A stretch of 64,000 nucleotides of DNA from Diadema antillarum. Taxonomy: Eukaryota. Both the position numbers and the translations under genes were made by a program. Each line of letters opens with the position of its first letter. The first letter of the stretch is position 1. Under the pieces are notes generated by a model that was given only the letters and a program-made list of their open reading frames with translations, was not told where the DNA came from and made no database searches. The DNA lies in contig NW_027271656.1 of assembly GCF_040938485.1 (NCBI RefSeq), positions 372,001 through 436,000 on the forward strand, in the 5' to 3' direction. Of the stretch, positions 36,001-47,720 are shown piece by piece.

Positions 36001-37651
36001 ATCATGAGATTTTCAGCAAACGGTCTCAGAGTTCATGTATCAGGAAATATGCATGTGACTTATCAGCTCTTTTCCATTCTCTAATCAAAACTTGTTTGAA
36101 CTCTGCAATTGCATGGTTTCCTTACATTCTTTGTAGTTGTACTACGTAATGATGAACCCACAGATCACAAAACAACATCGGAATTGTAATGAAAATAGTT
36201 TTTATTAGAAACAACATGTGTATAACAATACAAGAGCTGAAAAACAGAATGATCATCCACATTCACCTCCCGCTAGAAATTGTCCTGTAAAACTGCAGTC
36301 CAGCGCCTTCAATTTCTGGATGCTCTAGATGCTACAGTAGGACTACATGATGACAGAAGAATAATTATGAGCAGTGATGTTTGGGTCTGGGCAGAGCACA
36401 TCTCCACCCATACCTGGATAAAACAAAAAGATATTGCAGGATTTTTTTTTTCCTGTCCGGGTAGGAAGAAGAATGGAAATCAACAATCGGACTATAGCAA
36501 GTATGTTGCACTCACAATTATCACTTTCGTGCAAACTTGCAAAAGCAAGACAAGGGAATGTACATGTACCATATGGACTACTTAATGTGTCAATGTTCTA
36601 TCGATTAAATTGATTAGCAGTATTGATATACAGAGTGCACATTAACTGATTTGCTTTTAAAAAAAAAAGCATTCACACAATCACATTGTCTTTTTTCCTG
36701 TCACCGTGCAGGAACTTGAAATATGATCACACGCACATGATCCACTGGTTACCACAAACTGCACATCAAAACTTGGGTTTCTGCCCCTATAATGATAATC
36801 CAAAGAGGATGTCTGAATGTGATGAAATGACTGTACAAGCTAACCAAGTACACTTTCACACCAGTCCTGCAGTTTTAAATGTTTCACAGGACAACAGGAA
36901 GACAAAAGATGCTTTTCAGTACATGTATAGGCAAAATCCACTGTATAACAATGTCTGATGAAAACTATTATGGCTGGATAAAACTTGTAAGTACAATATC
37001 TCGACAAAGAACCTCCCTTAAAATTCCATCTCGGTTTTAGGGTATGATGGAACATTTATGATGAAATATGTGTTAAAATATACTCTGAATGTACAAACTC
37101 AACTCTGCAACATGCTTGTTTGATGATTGAAATGAACATGTATAGCTATGTACGTGTACATGTACATACGAGAGCAATAATATCATGAGACATTGTGGCA
37201 TAATCTATTTTGCTCAAATTCATTTCACGCTGCTAATACAGGTATGGACATAATTATAATCCACACACCCCACTGGTGTAGCACCATCAGAAATCTGCCC
37301 TGACCGGAAAATCTTTAAACTTTGTACTGTCTCATTCCAATATCGTGACATGTCGATGAAATTTCACTGTATGATGTAATTGAAATATGGTACATTGTAA
37401 TTAGGCTCCATGGTTTGGTCAAACACCAGCATGGCATATTTGTTCTACATATTGTAAAGAACAGTAAGGAAATGCTTTGTAATACTCAACGGACAACACA
37501 GAAAGTTCCGAGCAGGGGGGGGGGGGGGGGGGGGGGGTGGGGGGAGAGAAAATACAAACTTCTCGTGCAGTAGATCATTGTAATCAATTCAAGTTTTCTA
37601 TGGAAGTTCTTGGAATATCTCGTTAGATCAAGGTTTAAATGGTTTGCTTAA

Positions 37652-37736
37652 CCCGTTGAGGACGAATCCCGCTTATACTTGGGCATGTGCCTATGGGATA
37701 TGCGTGTTGTATCAAAATCAGTCCGTCCTCAATGGG
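37652..37736. mobile_element. 85-bp piggyBac-type MITE, copy 2 (opposite orientation)
   Basis: ttaa|CCCGTTGAGGAC ... GTCCTCAATGGG|ttaa. Confidence 0.85.
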
Positions 37737-38242
37737 TTAAGTGCTTGGGTGTCACAAAAACTTGATCACCTCAAGTTTCCTTTTTGTCCTGATTCCATAT
37801 ATGCTCTTCTTCCATGCTGTCACTATTTGGTCTTCCTTGCTTATCACGATGTCTTGATGACTTGCCTATCACGATGAAAACGCTGTCACATCCAAAGTGC
37901 TTGACACATGAGATGAAGAGTTTTTTTTTTTTCTCAGCAGATATTCAATCTAGCCCTTTTCCACCCAACAATGAAATGATTCAAAGTACAATGTACCCCC
38001 TTTTTGCCACATCTCTTCTACACTGGTAACTCTTAAAGGTTTTCTGTATTTCGCATTTTACACACACACCTGACCTGCACTATATAAAGTAATCTCACAA
38101 CTTAAATGCTCATGCACTGATACATGGTTATACACACTGTGACCTTAATTCCGCCTTTAATGTTCACAATATACTGCACCTCAATTCTGTACGACGATGC
38201 AACACCCATACATGAAACAAAACTATAGCAAAATACATATTA

Positions 38243-38429
38243 CAGTGCATTCCCTTTATAACGAACACGGTTACATCGAAATTCTGGTTACAACGAAGTA
38301 AATATTCAGATTGCAACATTATCAGCTAGATGTTTCTTATTGTTTATTTGTTCAGTTGGAACAAAATTTCCATATGTAATGAAGGAAAACTGCTGGTCCC
38401 AAGAACTTCATTATAACGGGAGTCCACTG
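38243..38429. mobile_element. Tigger/pogo-like MITE, short copy
   Basis: ta|CAGTGCATTCCCTTTATAACGAA ... TTATAACGGGAGTCCACTG|ta. Same family as 63107-63641. Confidence 0.8.
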
Positions 38430-40844
38430 TAGTTGATAATGATCATATGTATGCAGTTGAGGAGATGAACATTTGACATTTGTGGTTGCAATATAAAGTC
38501 TCATGCAGTGGGGCACGAGAGCACGAATAGTGCAATGTACATACATTTCTTGTATGCTTTAACAAGACTCTCTGCGACTACTAGACGTCACCACCTTACA
38601 CTTTCCTCGTCACACTAACAAAACAGTGGAAAAGACAGCTACAAACTTGAGGTAGGTATGATAAGAGTCTATTCTGTAAAATGCATCGGACAAATTGATT
38701 TCTCCTCCACTTTATGATAGACTCTGTCCCTCGTCAGTTGTTCACCTTACAAGTTGAGATTCAGAAACTTCTCCATGAGTATCGATGCGAGAGTAGCCTG
38801 CCCTCCCCCACCTCATCCCCCCACTCAGGTGGTCATCTGTACAGCATGCATGTTCCTGATTTTTCGGGAAAGGGGTATATTTTTAGCGCTTATGTTGGGG
38901 GAAAAAAATCACAAAAATTCATTGAAATAGGGGTCTTTTAGTATTTTTTTCCCCAAAATATTTTCAATTAGGGGTAATTTTCAAATCTTTTCCAAATAAT
39001 CCTAAAATATGGTTCTGAAGGGTTTCAAACCCCTGAAAAATTATGAAATTGGGATAGTGGGGCTTCTGGGTGCTTGCCCTATCTCCAAATGTGCTTAAAC
39101 AGAACGTACTGATGTGTACGTTTTGCTGCACAGCATGCCGCGCCAGCCTTCTCTTCGCAGGACACTAATTTTCACCACACACACTGCACATGCGTCATGC
39201 TGCTTTGCTAGCTTCCCTTCCAAAAACCTTGATAGGGGGAAGCTTCCCTTCCAAAGCCTGTGATAGGGGGTCAAAATCCTACCCCCTTCCCATCCTTAAG
39301 GGAGTATCTCTAAAAATCTGGAACAAGCATAAATACATGTATGTGCATAGTAGCCCGCCTGAGTGGAAAGGGAGAGCAGATAGACACACATGTGTGCACA
39401 CGATACTGCCACTTTTACATGGCACATGAAAGAAAGCAGTGCATTGCCACACTAAGTCACTTCACTCAAGTGTGGAGGTCAAAGATGACATGGTGTTGGA
39501 GATTGTTTGCTGAGGAAAGCTCATAAATAAACCACTGTATCAAAACACTTTTGCACGTGTAAACTCTCTCTTAGGCTATCACTGTCAAGTGCAAGAAGAA
39601 ATACGTTTTCTTTCCCCCTATATCAAATCAGTATTTTAATTCATCCATTGAGAAACATTCTTGCAATAAACTCTCTCAGGTTACTGTTGCAGAGTGCATG
39701 AAGAAACACCAATTCTTTTCCTCGTATCAAATAAATATACAGATTCATCCATGGAAAAACATCCTCGTATTAATAAAAGATACGTTTAAAAAAATCATCC
39801 TCAGATACATTTCAAACAATGCAAATATTGTAGGCTAACAAGAATACATACAAATTTTGTTGGGGACATGTGTGCTTTACATGTACTATTCTTATCAAGT
39901 CCAACACGACCTTTTTCAGCTCCTATCATACTTAAAAGAGTTATGCAAATAAAAGATCTCTAAACTCTGTTCTTATCTCACATCAGGATGAGTAGAATCA
40001 GTTCCTGTACTGTGAACGTCATGGAGTGTAAAGCACCTATTACACGCACAATTAATGTGTTTTTTGTTTCGTTTTGATGTCAGTTTCAACAGACAGCAGC
40101 TTTAGCTGACAGGAACAATTAGTAACTGGTAATCTCTTAAAGTGCCTCATAGACCATCCCCATTGCCTACACATAAATGCTTCTCGTTCACAAACTGTGT
40201 TTGTAATGTACATCTATAGCAGTAATTTTATAGCCACTATAACTATTCTCTTCGATTAAAAATATCTACGTACTGAAATGAATATTATTGCCTTCCTGAC
40301 CCTACTAAGACAGTGCATCTTGGGCAGTGCATGATGACATATCCTTCAATTACTGAAGAGACTGTAGACCCATTCTATTTTGCGAATATCTTGAGATTTA
40401 AACTCGCAAGATATCACTCCTCTGTCAAAAGCCACTTAAGATATGTCTTCAAATGTCTTCAAAACCTGCGGAATGGTGGGTATGGTGGGTATGGCCGTGC
40501 TTGTGGATCCCTTGCATGCTGCGGAAATTTACAGCGTGTGGGAGCCCACAAGCAGGACAAAGGTAAGGCACGTTACACACACCTTTAAGGACAAGTTCAC
40601 CTTCATATACACCTGGATTGAGTGAAAGAAGCAATATAAGTGGAAGACATTAGTGAAAGTTTGAGGAAATTTTGACAATCTGTTCAAAAGTCATGTATTT
40701 TTGAAGTTTCAGTGACGCCATCACTGGATGAGAAGACTACTACAGTCTGTGATGTCACATGGGTAGTGTAGTAAAAAAAAAAAACTGCTGAAAACTGCTT
40801 ATCCAATAGTGGCGAGCCAATGGAGTAAAATGGAGTCAAAAGGG

Positions 40845-40883
40845 GCCTGAGGTTTCAATCCTAGCAGAATCTTCGTCAGAGGC
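40845..40883 (-). ncRNA. Hammerhead-like motif (stem III variant GAAACCUC)
   Basis: Reverse complement reads GCCU-CUGACGA-AGAUUCUGCUAGGAUU-GAAA-CCUC-AGGC. Confidence 0.45.
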
Positions 40884-41085
40884 AAAATGACAAACAGGTA
40901 GGGAAAGCAATCACTTCTAAGGACTTCACACAACAAGAACAATCAGGGACAGGCTAGGGACACAGAACAAAGGAAACAAAAGGAGAGGGTAGGAGGTCAT
41001 GGGCAAGGAGCCCAACAGGTAACTGACTGTTCTTGTTGTGTGAAGTCCTTATATGTGATTGCTTTCCCTGCCTGTTTGTCATTTT

Positions 41086-41124
41086 GCCTCTGACGAAGAT
41101 TCTGCTAAGATCGAAAGCTCAGGC
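41086..41124 (+). ncRNA. Minimal type I hammerhead-like motif (most intact copy)
   Basis: GCCU-CUGACGA-AGAUUCUGCUAAGAUC-GAAA-GCUC-AGGC. Stem I GCCU/AGGC pairs, and stem III is the palindromic AGCU. Confidence 0.6.
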
Positions 41125-44010
41125 CGCTTTTGACTCCATGTCACATGGTTAGAACAAAAAAGAAAAAGAAAATAAAGAATATTCAACGTATTTTTACTTT
41201 TCTCGCACAATAAAAGAGCACTTGACTTGCCCTTTCCAGTGGTGGATCCAGACAGGGGTGCACCCATAGTCTTCTCGTCTAACGAATCAAAAATTGAATT
41301 GTCTAATTTTCCTAAAACTTTCACTAATGTGTTTTATTGATATTGCAGCATTTACTCAATCCACATGTTTTTGAAGGTGAACTTGTCCTTTACAGGGAGC
41401 CTATGCCAGCTGCTGAATGTCATGTGAGTAAAAAATGTGAGTAAAAAATGTGAGATTTCACGCTACCAGACCCACACTCTGGAAACTCATGAGTGAGAAC
41501 TTCCACAGTTTCACAAAATCACTACAAAACTTCGAAGTTTGAGTCCACATTGGAAAAATGCCAATGAAACAGACCTGGCCTTTGAAAAACACATTATCTT
41601 AGGGTAAATATCAATGCCCCACAGCATTACTATATATGTGTAATGTTTTCTTAAAACATCTTGTCAAAAAGGAGCTATGATTATACATGCCAGATGTTTA
41701 CATGCTTTACAATTTAGCTAACATTGCTACAAATGTGTCACCCAGTTAAGATAAGTACCAGTGAGCGTGAGGTAATATCTTCTTAAAATGTGTATAAGGA
41801 ATGAATTATAGAAACATTACATTTACAGAAATTTGTGACAAAAATGACCCCCACATAGGTATTCACACTGAGTCTGAAAGTTTCTGGATCGGAAACTGTA
41901 GATTACTCTTACAGTGAGCATGGTACAATTTACTTGGAATGATTCGAATCTCAGAGACTACCAAGTCCATGCTACAAAGTTTGAAACTTCAAGAAATGAC
42001 TGATCTAATCCGAATGCCCACTCTTACATGCTATGACTATAATTCTTGCTCCTCCACAACATGAAAGAAGAAGAGGATGAATTCGTAAAAGAACACATCA
42101 ATTCTAACATTGCACAATTTCCATAAATTTTAATGCCAATATATTTTGCACATACGATTTGATCAACCCACATCTATAAATAATTACAGCAAAAATATAC
42201 ATCTATATGATTCGTTGGAAAACATCTATACACAAAAGTAAATTTAGAGCACTTCTATATAGTTATATACGTATATAAATCACATGCAAATAGTTACTGA
42301 GATCTGATAAAAACAAGGTACAAATACTCTTTTCTTTAAAAATTTAGCTGTTACAGGAATAGGTCACAGACACTACAATCAGCTTGAATCCTTTTAAATT
42401 GACCCTGATTAACAACTGAGCGGTGCTTCTATTACTAGATTTTTTTCTTGTAGTTCCGACCAGACCAGAAGAGAAGCCTTTTTTTTTCCACATGAGAGAT
42501 AGAGAAGTTAATGGAACCAAAAGAAATTTACAGGTAGAATGATGATAATGTTTATCCCTTTAAAGATCTTTACAGGCAGTGTTTATCACTTCACAAATGT
42601 ACCTTTGAAAAGGTGAGACTTGGTCTAGAAAGCATGTATTGTAATTTCCTTGATGAATATTTCATATTTTATATCTATTCATTTAATTTCCAGGGACAAG
42701 ACACTTCCCAACTCACAGAAGTTATTTTGTTTGCACATAGTTTGTCATGCAGGCACAGATATGCAACAAAAAAGATCTAAAAAGACCCAACTTTCAATAA
42801 AAAAGAAAGAAAGAAAGAAAATGATATGGAACCAATGACACTTCAAACCAGTTAGCACCTACAAAAAGAAGGAAAAAAAATGTCTTGGTTCATAATGCAT
42901 ACAAATTTTGGATTGCCTTGTGAAAAGTGAAATCCATTTTGATGGTGACCTCTGGCACACTTAACACTGTCTGTGATTTATTCAAATACAACAGTCTCTT
43001 AACTGATTGTTTTGCCTCTTTTCCTCTTTTTTTTTCACAGAGAGGGGGTTGGAGTTGGGGTTGGGGGATTAGAGAAACATATGCAAAAAGATAATGAATT
43101 TTTGGTTTGTTTATATTTTTCTTCAGGTTTAAACCACCTGCACCACATATAACCCTTTACAATGAGCCTGATTAAATGTTTTTGTGTTAGTGTTGTTGAT
43201 TTTTTTTTAAATAGTATTTGAGTACAAGATAAGATTGAATTGCCTCTAACCTCATACATGTATGTAAAATAGAAGAGATCACATGAAAGATGGCAAATAC
43301 ACATGGATAGCCTCAAGGGCCAAAGTCAGAGATGACCAAGGTTCTTATCAGCTCCAATGGAAACAGTGACGCTTGGTCCTTGGCCTAATTAGTCCTGTTT
43401 GAGTCCATCTGACAACTGCAGGACAAGGTCACAAATATAAGGTGGACATTAAACATGACACCACACAAGACTCTAGATGAATGTATGCAGATGCCAAACA
43501 CATTAAACAGTGGCTTCCGTCTGTGTGTAAATGACTTCTTTGTCTTCTTCTATCATATGACTCGTGCTCAGGTAAAAGTTATAAACGAGAAATGCATGAC
43601 TACACACATAGATGTAAAAATATATTGCTCACGGCATCGTTCTGTGGCGCAATCGCAGCTAGTCAGAGTCTGCGAAGATAAAGGATTACACCTTATCCTC
43701 GAAGACAGCCTATAAAAAGAAACAGGCAACAATTTTTTTAAAAAAGGTGGAATTTAAGAAAAAAAAAGGCTGCCAATTTGACATTAAATCTGGAAGACAA
43801 AATGGATGCATCCTTCTTGACAAAGCTGCACTTTCAATTTCTCTACAGCTGTGACCAACTTGGCGCAATTCCAGTACTTCATTCCTTTCTTCTGTCCAAC
43901 TTCCGGCACCAAAAATTTCATGGCATTCGATAGCAAAGACCCGCAGCGTCCACACATTATCCAAAGACAGTAAGCTGTGGCGTCTTGAGGGGCAAAATAA
44001 GAGAGAGAGT

Positions 44011-44202
44011 TTAGAATCCCTGATATACGGGCTCCTCGGTGGATCTTTGGTGGGAGGAGAGTAGCCTCTCCTCCTCCTCTGTCCGTGCCCTCAGGTAGTG
44101 CTTTCTGGACCGGTACCTCTCTAAGAGAATGAAGACTGCCACAAGGGTCACCACCCCGATGGCAGCGACAAGGCAGTAGAACCCAATGGTTGGCACACAT
44201 TT
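44011..44202 (-). CDS. Cys-rich membrane protein terminal exon (TM helix and cytoplasmic tail)
   Basis: ttctccag|AAA TGT. Encodes KCVPTIGFYCLVAAIGVVTLVAVFILLERYRSRKHYLRARTEEEERLLSSHQRSTEEPVYQGF then stop. Confidence 0.92.
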   Translation of the reverse strand, partial: KCVPTIGFYCLVAAIGVVTLVAVFILLERYRSRKHYLRARTEEEERLLSSHQRSTEEPVYQGF

Positions 44203-44962
44203 CTGGAGAAAACAAAATAAAACCCATGCACATAAGAGTCTTTTGCAGTACATCTTCCTTTTTTGGGACTCTCCAATACCATTTGACATATTCAGTTAAA
44301 AGACTATTAAACAGCCCTTACTTTCCTTTGTTCACTGATTGGCAAGCATGGTGGAGTGCATTCTTTGCCAAGTGGCTCTGAGGCTTGGGAACTAATTGTC
44401 GATGAATTATCATTACCTAATCCCCCTAATCTCTATTCATGTCACCATGGCCACCCTGTTGGACTGATGCACACTGCTTTACCCGAGTGGGCTTGCTTTT
44501 TTTAAAACTAGGTCAAGTTTGGATGGATTACTGAATGTCAGTGAAAACAATTTGGTGAGTTACAGTAAAGTGCTTGGCACATCAGGAGTTAATCACTTCA
44601 ATTTCTTATTGACATGTTCCTATGATTCGGCAACAAACTTCCTGAATCAAACTTCCTCAATCAGAACTAAATCAATTTCCGAACAGGATTCCACTTTCAT
44701 TTTGAAAATATGAACAAAAATAGTGCGTCTTTGTTTTTGAGGTTTCCTTTTATTCTTATTAATATAAAAAATGCCACACAGATGCTTCCCTTTGACTCAT
44801 TTTTCCTGTATCGTTATATCCCAATGAATATATCACACTGCTTGATTTGATGGTTAAAAATCTCTCTGTCAAAAAGTTGTCACAATTGTCACAATTCTTT
44901 ACAACAGCGATCTAGGATGTGCCATGATGCATATTGAACATCTCTGTCCGGACGAATCTCAC

Positions 44963-45070
44963 CTTGTTTTTCTCGCTGAAGAGCGGGCCGCAAGTTTGGT
45001 ACCTTGGCTCAAAGCTACCCGCAGGGCACGAGGCTTCCGGAGGGCAGGGCTTTGGGTCGCATGAGAAACA
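44963..45070 (-). CDS. Cys-rich membrane protein coding exon 7
   Basis: ctgacag|TGT...AAG|gtgaga. Encodes CFSCDPKPCPPEASCPAGSFEPRYQTCGPLFSEKNK. Confidence 0.9.
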
Positions 45071-45158
45071 CTGTCAGAGGAAGCACAATATAAAACAATG
45101 TGTGAAATTGATGACATTCATTTGTTTCACTTACTTAGCCCAATACTAATGGTATCCC

Positions 45159-45355
45159 AGGTCTGCCAACATTCCCACATCCAAATTAGGGAGATTCCAC
45201 ACAGCAATCAGGGAGATATCTGTGTGTTACATGCATTTCAATGGGTGAAAATAATTCCCAAATCAGGGAGATTTTAATATTCTCTTATTCAGACATGAAC
45301 AGATTTTGGCATATTCAGGAAGACTCCTGCAGAATCAGGGAGACTTGGCAGCTCT
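45159..45355. mobile_element. hAT-like MITE (8-bp TSD GGTATCCC)
   Basis: ggtatccc|AGGTCTGCCAAC ... CTTGGCAGCTCT|ggtatccc, with internal AATCAGGGAGA repeats. Confidence 0.8.
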
Positions 45356-45539
45356 GGTATCCCTGCCCCAACCCTGCGTGCCTAGGCCAAGACAAATTGC
45401 CAGTACTTACAAATCTTATCATTGGACTTTGATACAGATTGCTATGAATTGTAGAGTCATGTACAACACACAAGCATATTTGAACTAACGGCAGTCTATC
45501 TACAAGGGAAGAGCACAAAAGCAAATCATCACTCTAGTA

Positions 45540-45980
45540 ACTACCTCCGCAAAGGAAGGAGGTTATATTTTCATCACCGTTGGTTTGTTTGTTTGTTTGT
45601 TTGTTTGTTTGTTTGTTTGTGTGCAAAATAACTCAAAAAGCTGTAAATCGATTTGAATGAAAATTGCAGGAAAAGTTGATAATGACACAAGAAACAGATT
45701 ATGAAATTTTGCTAGTGATCCAGGAATCTTTAGGGATTTTTGAAGGATATCTTATATTTTGGCAGATAGGGTCAATGACCTTGGGAGTTCAAGCTGCACG
45801 CATTTGAGGTATGCATCCGTGCTCTAAAGCGTTTGCTCTACTTGGGAGAGATGCCGCATAGCTGGAAGCTGATGACGTAACAAAGGGCTTCTATACTGGG
45901 ATATTTTCAGCATACAAGTGTGTATGGGTGAAAATGAACTACTTAGCAGAGGTCTGCCCTCTCTGAATGCTTTTCTAGTT
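45540..45980 (+). mobile_element. HINE-like element (TACCTCCGC..GGAGGTTAT, (GTTT)n, ...CAGAGGTCTGCCCTCT..TTCTAGTT)
   Basis: Terminal motifs and a (TTTG)n tract. An inverted homologue lies at 47265-47720. Confidence 0.8.
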
Positions 45981-46424
45981 GTGTATATTGCTCATAAAAA
46001 AAAGGAAAGGTACATGGCATTGCACTGGTTTAGAGCACAACAACAATTTGGCTGTAGTTAACCACAAAGTACGGCAGTGGAAAAAGGCCTTCTTCAGGAA
46101 AGTCAAAGTACAGTCCTTGAAAGACAACAAAAGAATAAAAACAGTACTAACTAAAATAATGAAATAACTGTTTAAACAAGAGAGAATTGGATGCTACAAG
46201 AGATAAAATGTTAAAATGCTTCATTATAATTTTCTGGAAAACCCTCCATTGCTAAATGAAACTACAAGAAAGAAGTACACACTAAGTATGCCACCATGCT
46301 TCATACAATTTACTTGTAAAACTTCCTTTGCTAAAGTAGAGTACTCTTGACTTCTCTGAAGAGAATAAAAAATTAAAAACTGATGAGAATGAGAATGAGA
46401 ATGTTCATATTTTACTTGACTCAC

Positions 46425-46611
46425 CGCACAGTAGAAGCCTTCGGGACACAGAAGGCAGGTCAGCTGCCCCGCCTGGGTCTGGTAGTAGCCCTTGGCACAC
46501 TGGCTACAGAGACTGGTTGAGGCCAGGGGCTTGCTGAAGCCGGGCTCGCACTGGGTACAATTGTATGCTGCTCGGTGCCTGGACTCTCTCCCAGCGGGAC
46601 ACTCGTCACAC
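46425..46611 (-). CDS. Cys-rich membrane protein coding exon 6
   Basis: cacgtag|GTG...GCG|gtgagt. Encodes CDECPAGRESRHRAAYNCTQCEPG...CLLCPEGFYCA. Confidence 0.92.
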
Positions 46612-47264
46612 CTACGTGGCGAAAACACCTTCATTAATCATGTGTGTCAAAAGAGGAGATTTAAAACAAAAAAGAATGTGCATAAAAGAATAACCACTAG
46701 GCCCCGCCCCTTCTTCCTACCCCTGCAGGTGCCAATGCAAACCGTCACTGTCACTGCCTAAAAGAAACTGTATTCTTTTTCTACTGGAGTATGATGTTTT
46801 TGTTACGGGAGTAGCATGTGAGGTCATATTCAATTTGCCACATGCATGAAATTCCATAAAATCTGTTCTTTTTTTTTAATATGAACTTTAAATGACAGAA
46901 TACATTTCTTCTTTTCTTTTATTCAGGGGTCTATAGATAAACACATTTACAAAGATTTTAATTATGGTGCAGGTACGATTGAATAACTACTTACAGATGG
47001 GAAATTAAACTCTGACTTATATTACAGTAAATGGAGGAAGTTCCCATGTGACAACACAGAATTGCTACTTTGAGTTATTCACAACTTTACAAAAATCATA
47101 TCTTTTTCAGTGTCATCAGTGAATTTGCTCAAAATGTCACTGTCCAGTTCCTCTCATTTCCCCTTAAGATGAGAAATTAATCTTTCTTTGTCCCCCTAGA
47201 GACACATTGTCAAGATATCTTACAAGAAAGACAAGACAAATGGGAAAAATAAAACAATTGCAAA

Positions 47265-47720
47265 CTAGAAAAGCACTCTGAGAGCGCAGACCTCCGCCAA
47301 GCAGCTACTTTCCAATGATGATCTTACTCTTCCATAGAGATCAGTGATTTCCATCCATACGTATGCATGCTGAAAAATCATAAATCCTCAGCTGCGCGGC
47401 GCCTCGCCCTAGCAGAAACAAGAGCATGCACTTTAGTGCGCGTATGAAAACCTCAAAACTGCGCAGCTTGAACTCTCAAGTTCACTGACCCTTCCTGCCA
47501 AAATATCGAAAATCCATCATAAAATCCATAAAAATTTCCAGATCACTACCAAAATTTAATCATCTGTTCCTTGTGTCATTCTCAACCTTCCCTGTAAGTT
47601 TCAGCCAAATCCGTGCACGACTTTTTGAGTTATTTTGCACACGGACAAACAAACTAACAAACTAACTAACAAACAAACCAACGGTAACGAAAACATAACC
47701 TCCCTTGGCAGGGGTAATAA
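47265..47720 (-). mobile_element. HINE-like element, inverted relative to 45540-45980
   Basis: AACTAGAAAAGCACTCTGAGAGCGCAGACCTCCGCC ... AAACATAACCTCCCTTGGCAGGGGTAAT. Confidence 0.85.

Larger units (their letters stand above)
40763..41137. mobile_element. Penelope-like pLTR insertion with inverted duplication, flanked by an ATGTCACATGG direct repeat
   Basis: The minus-strand copy at about 40763-41022 matches 7811-7998. The plus-strand copy at 41023-41138 is its inverted partial duplicate. The direct repeats are at 40752-40762 and 41138-41148. Confidence 0.8.
40588..41390. mobile_element. Kolobok-like MITE hosting a PLE insertion
   Basis: ttaaGGACAAGTTCACCTTCA ... TGAAGGTGAACTTGTCCTtta. Confidence 0.7.
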
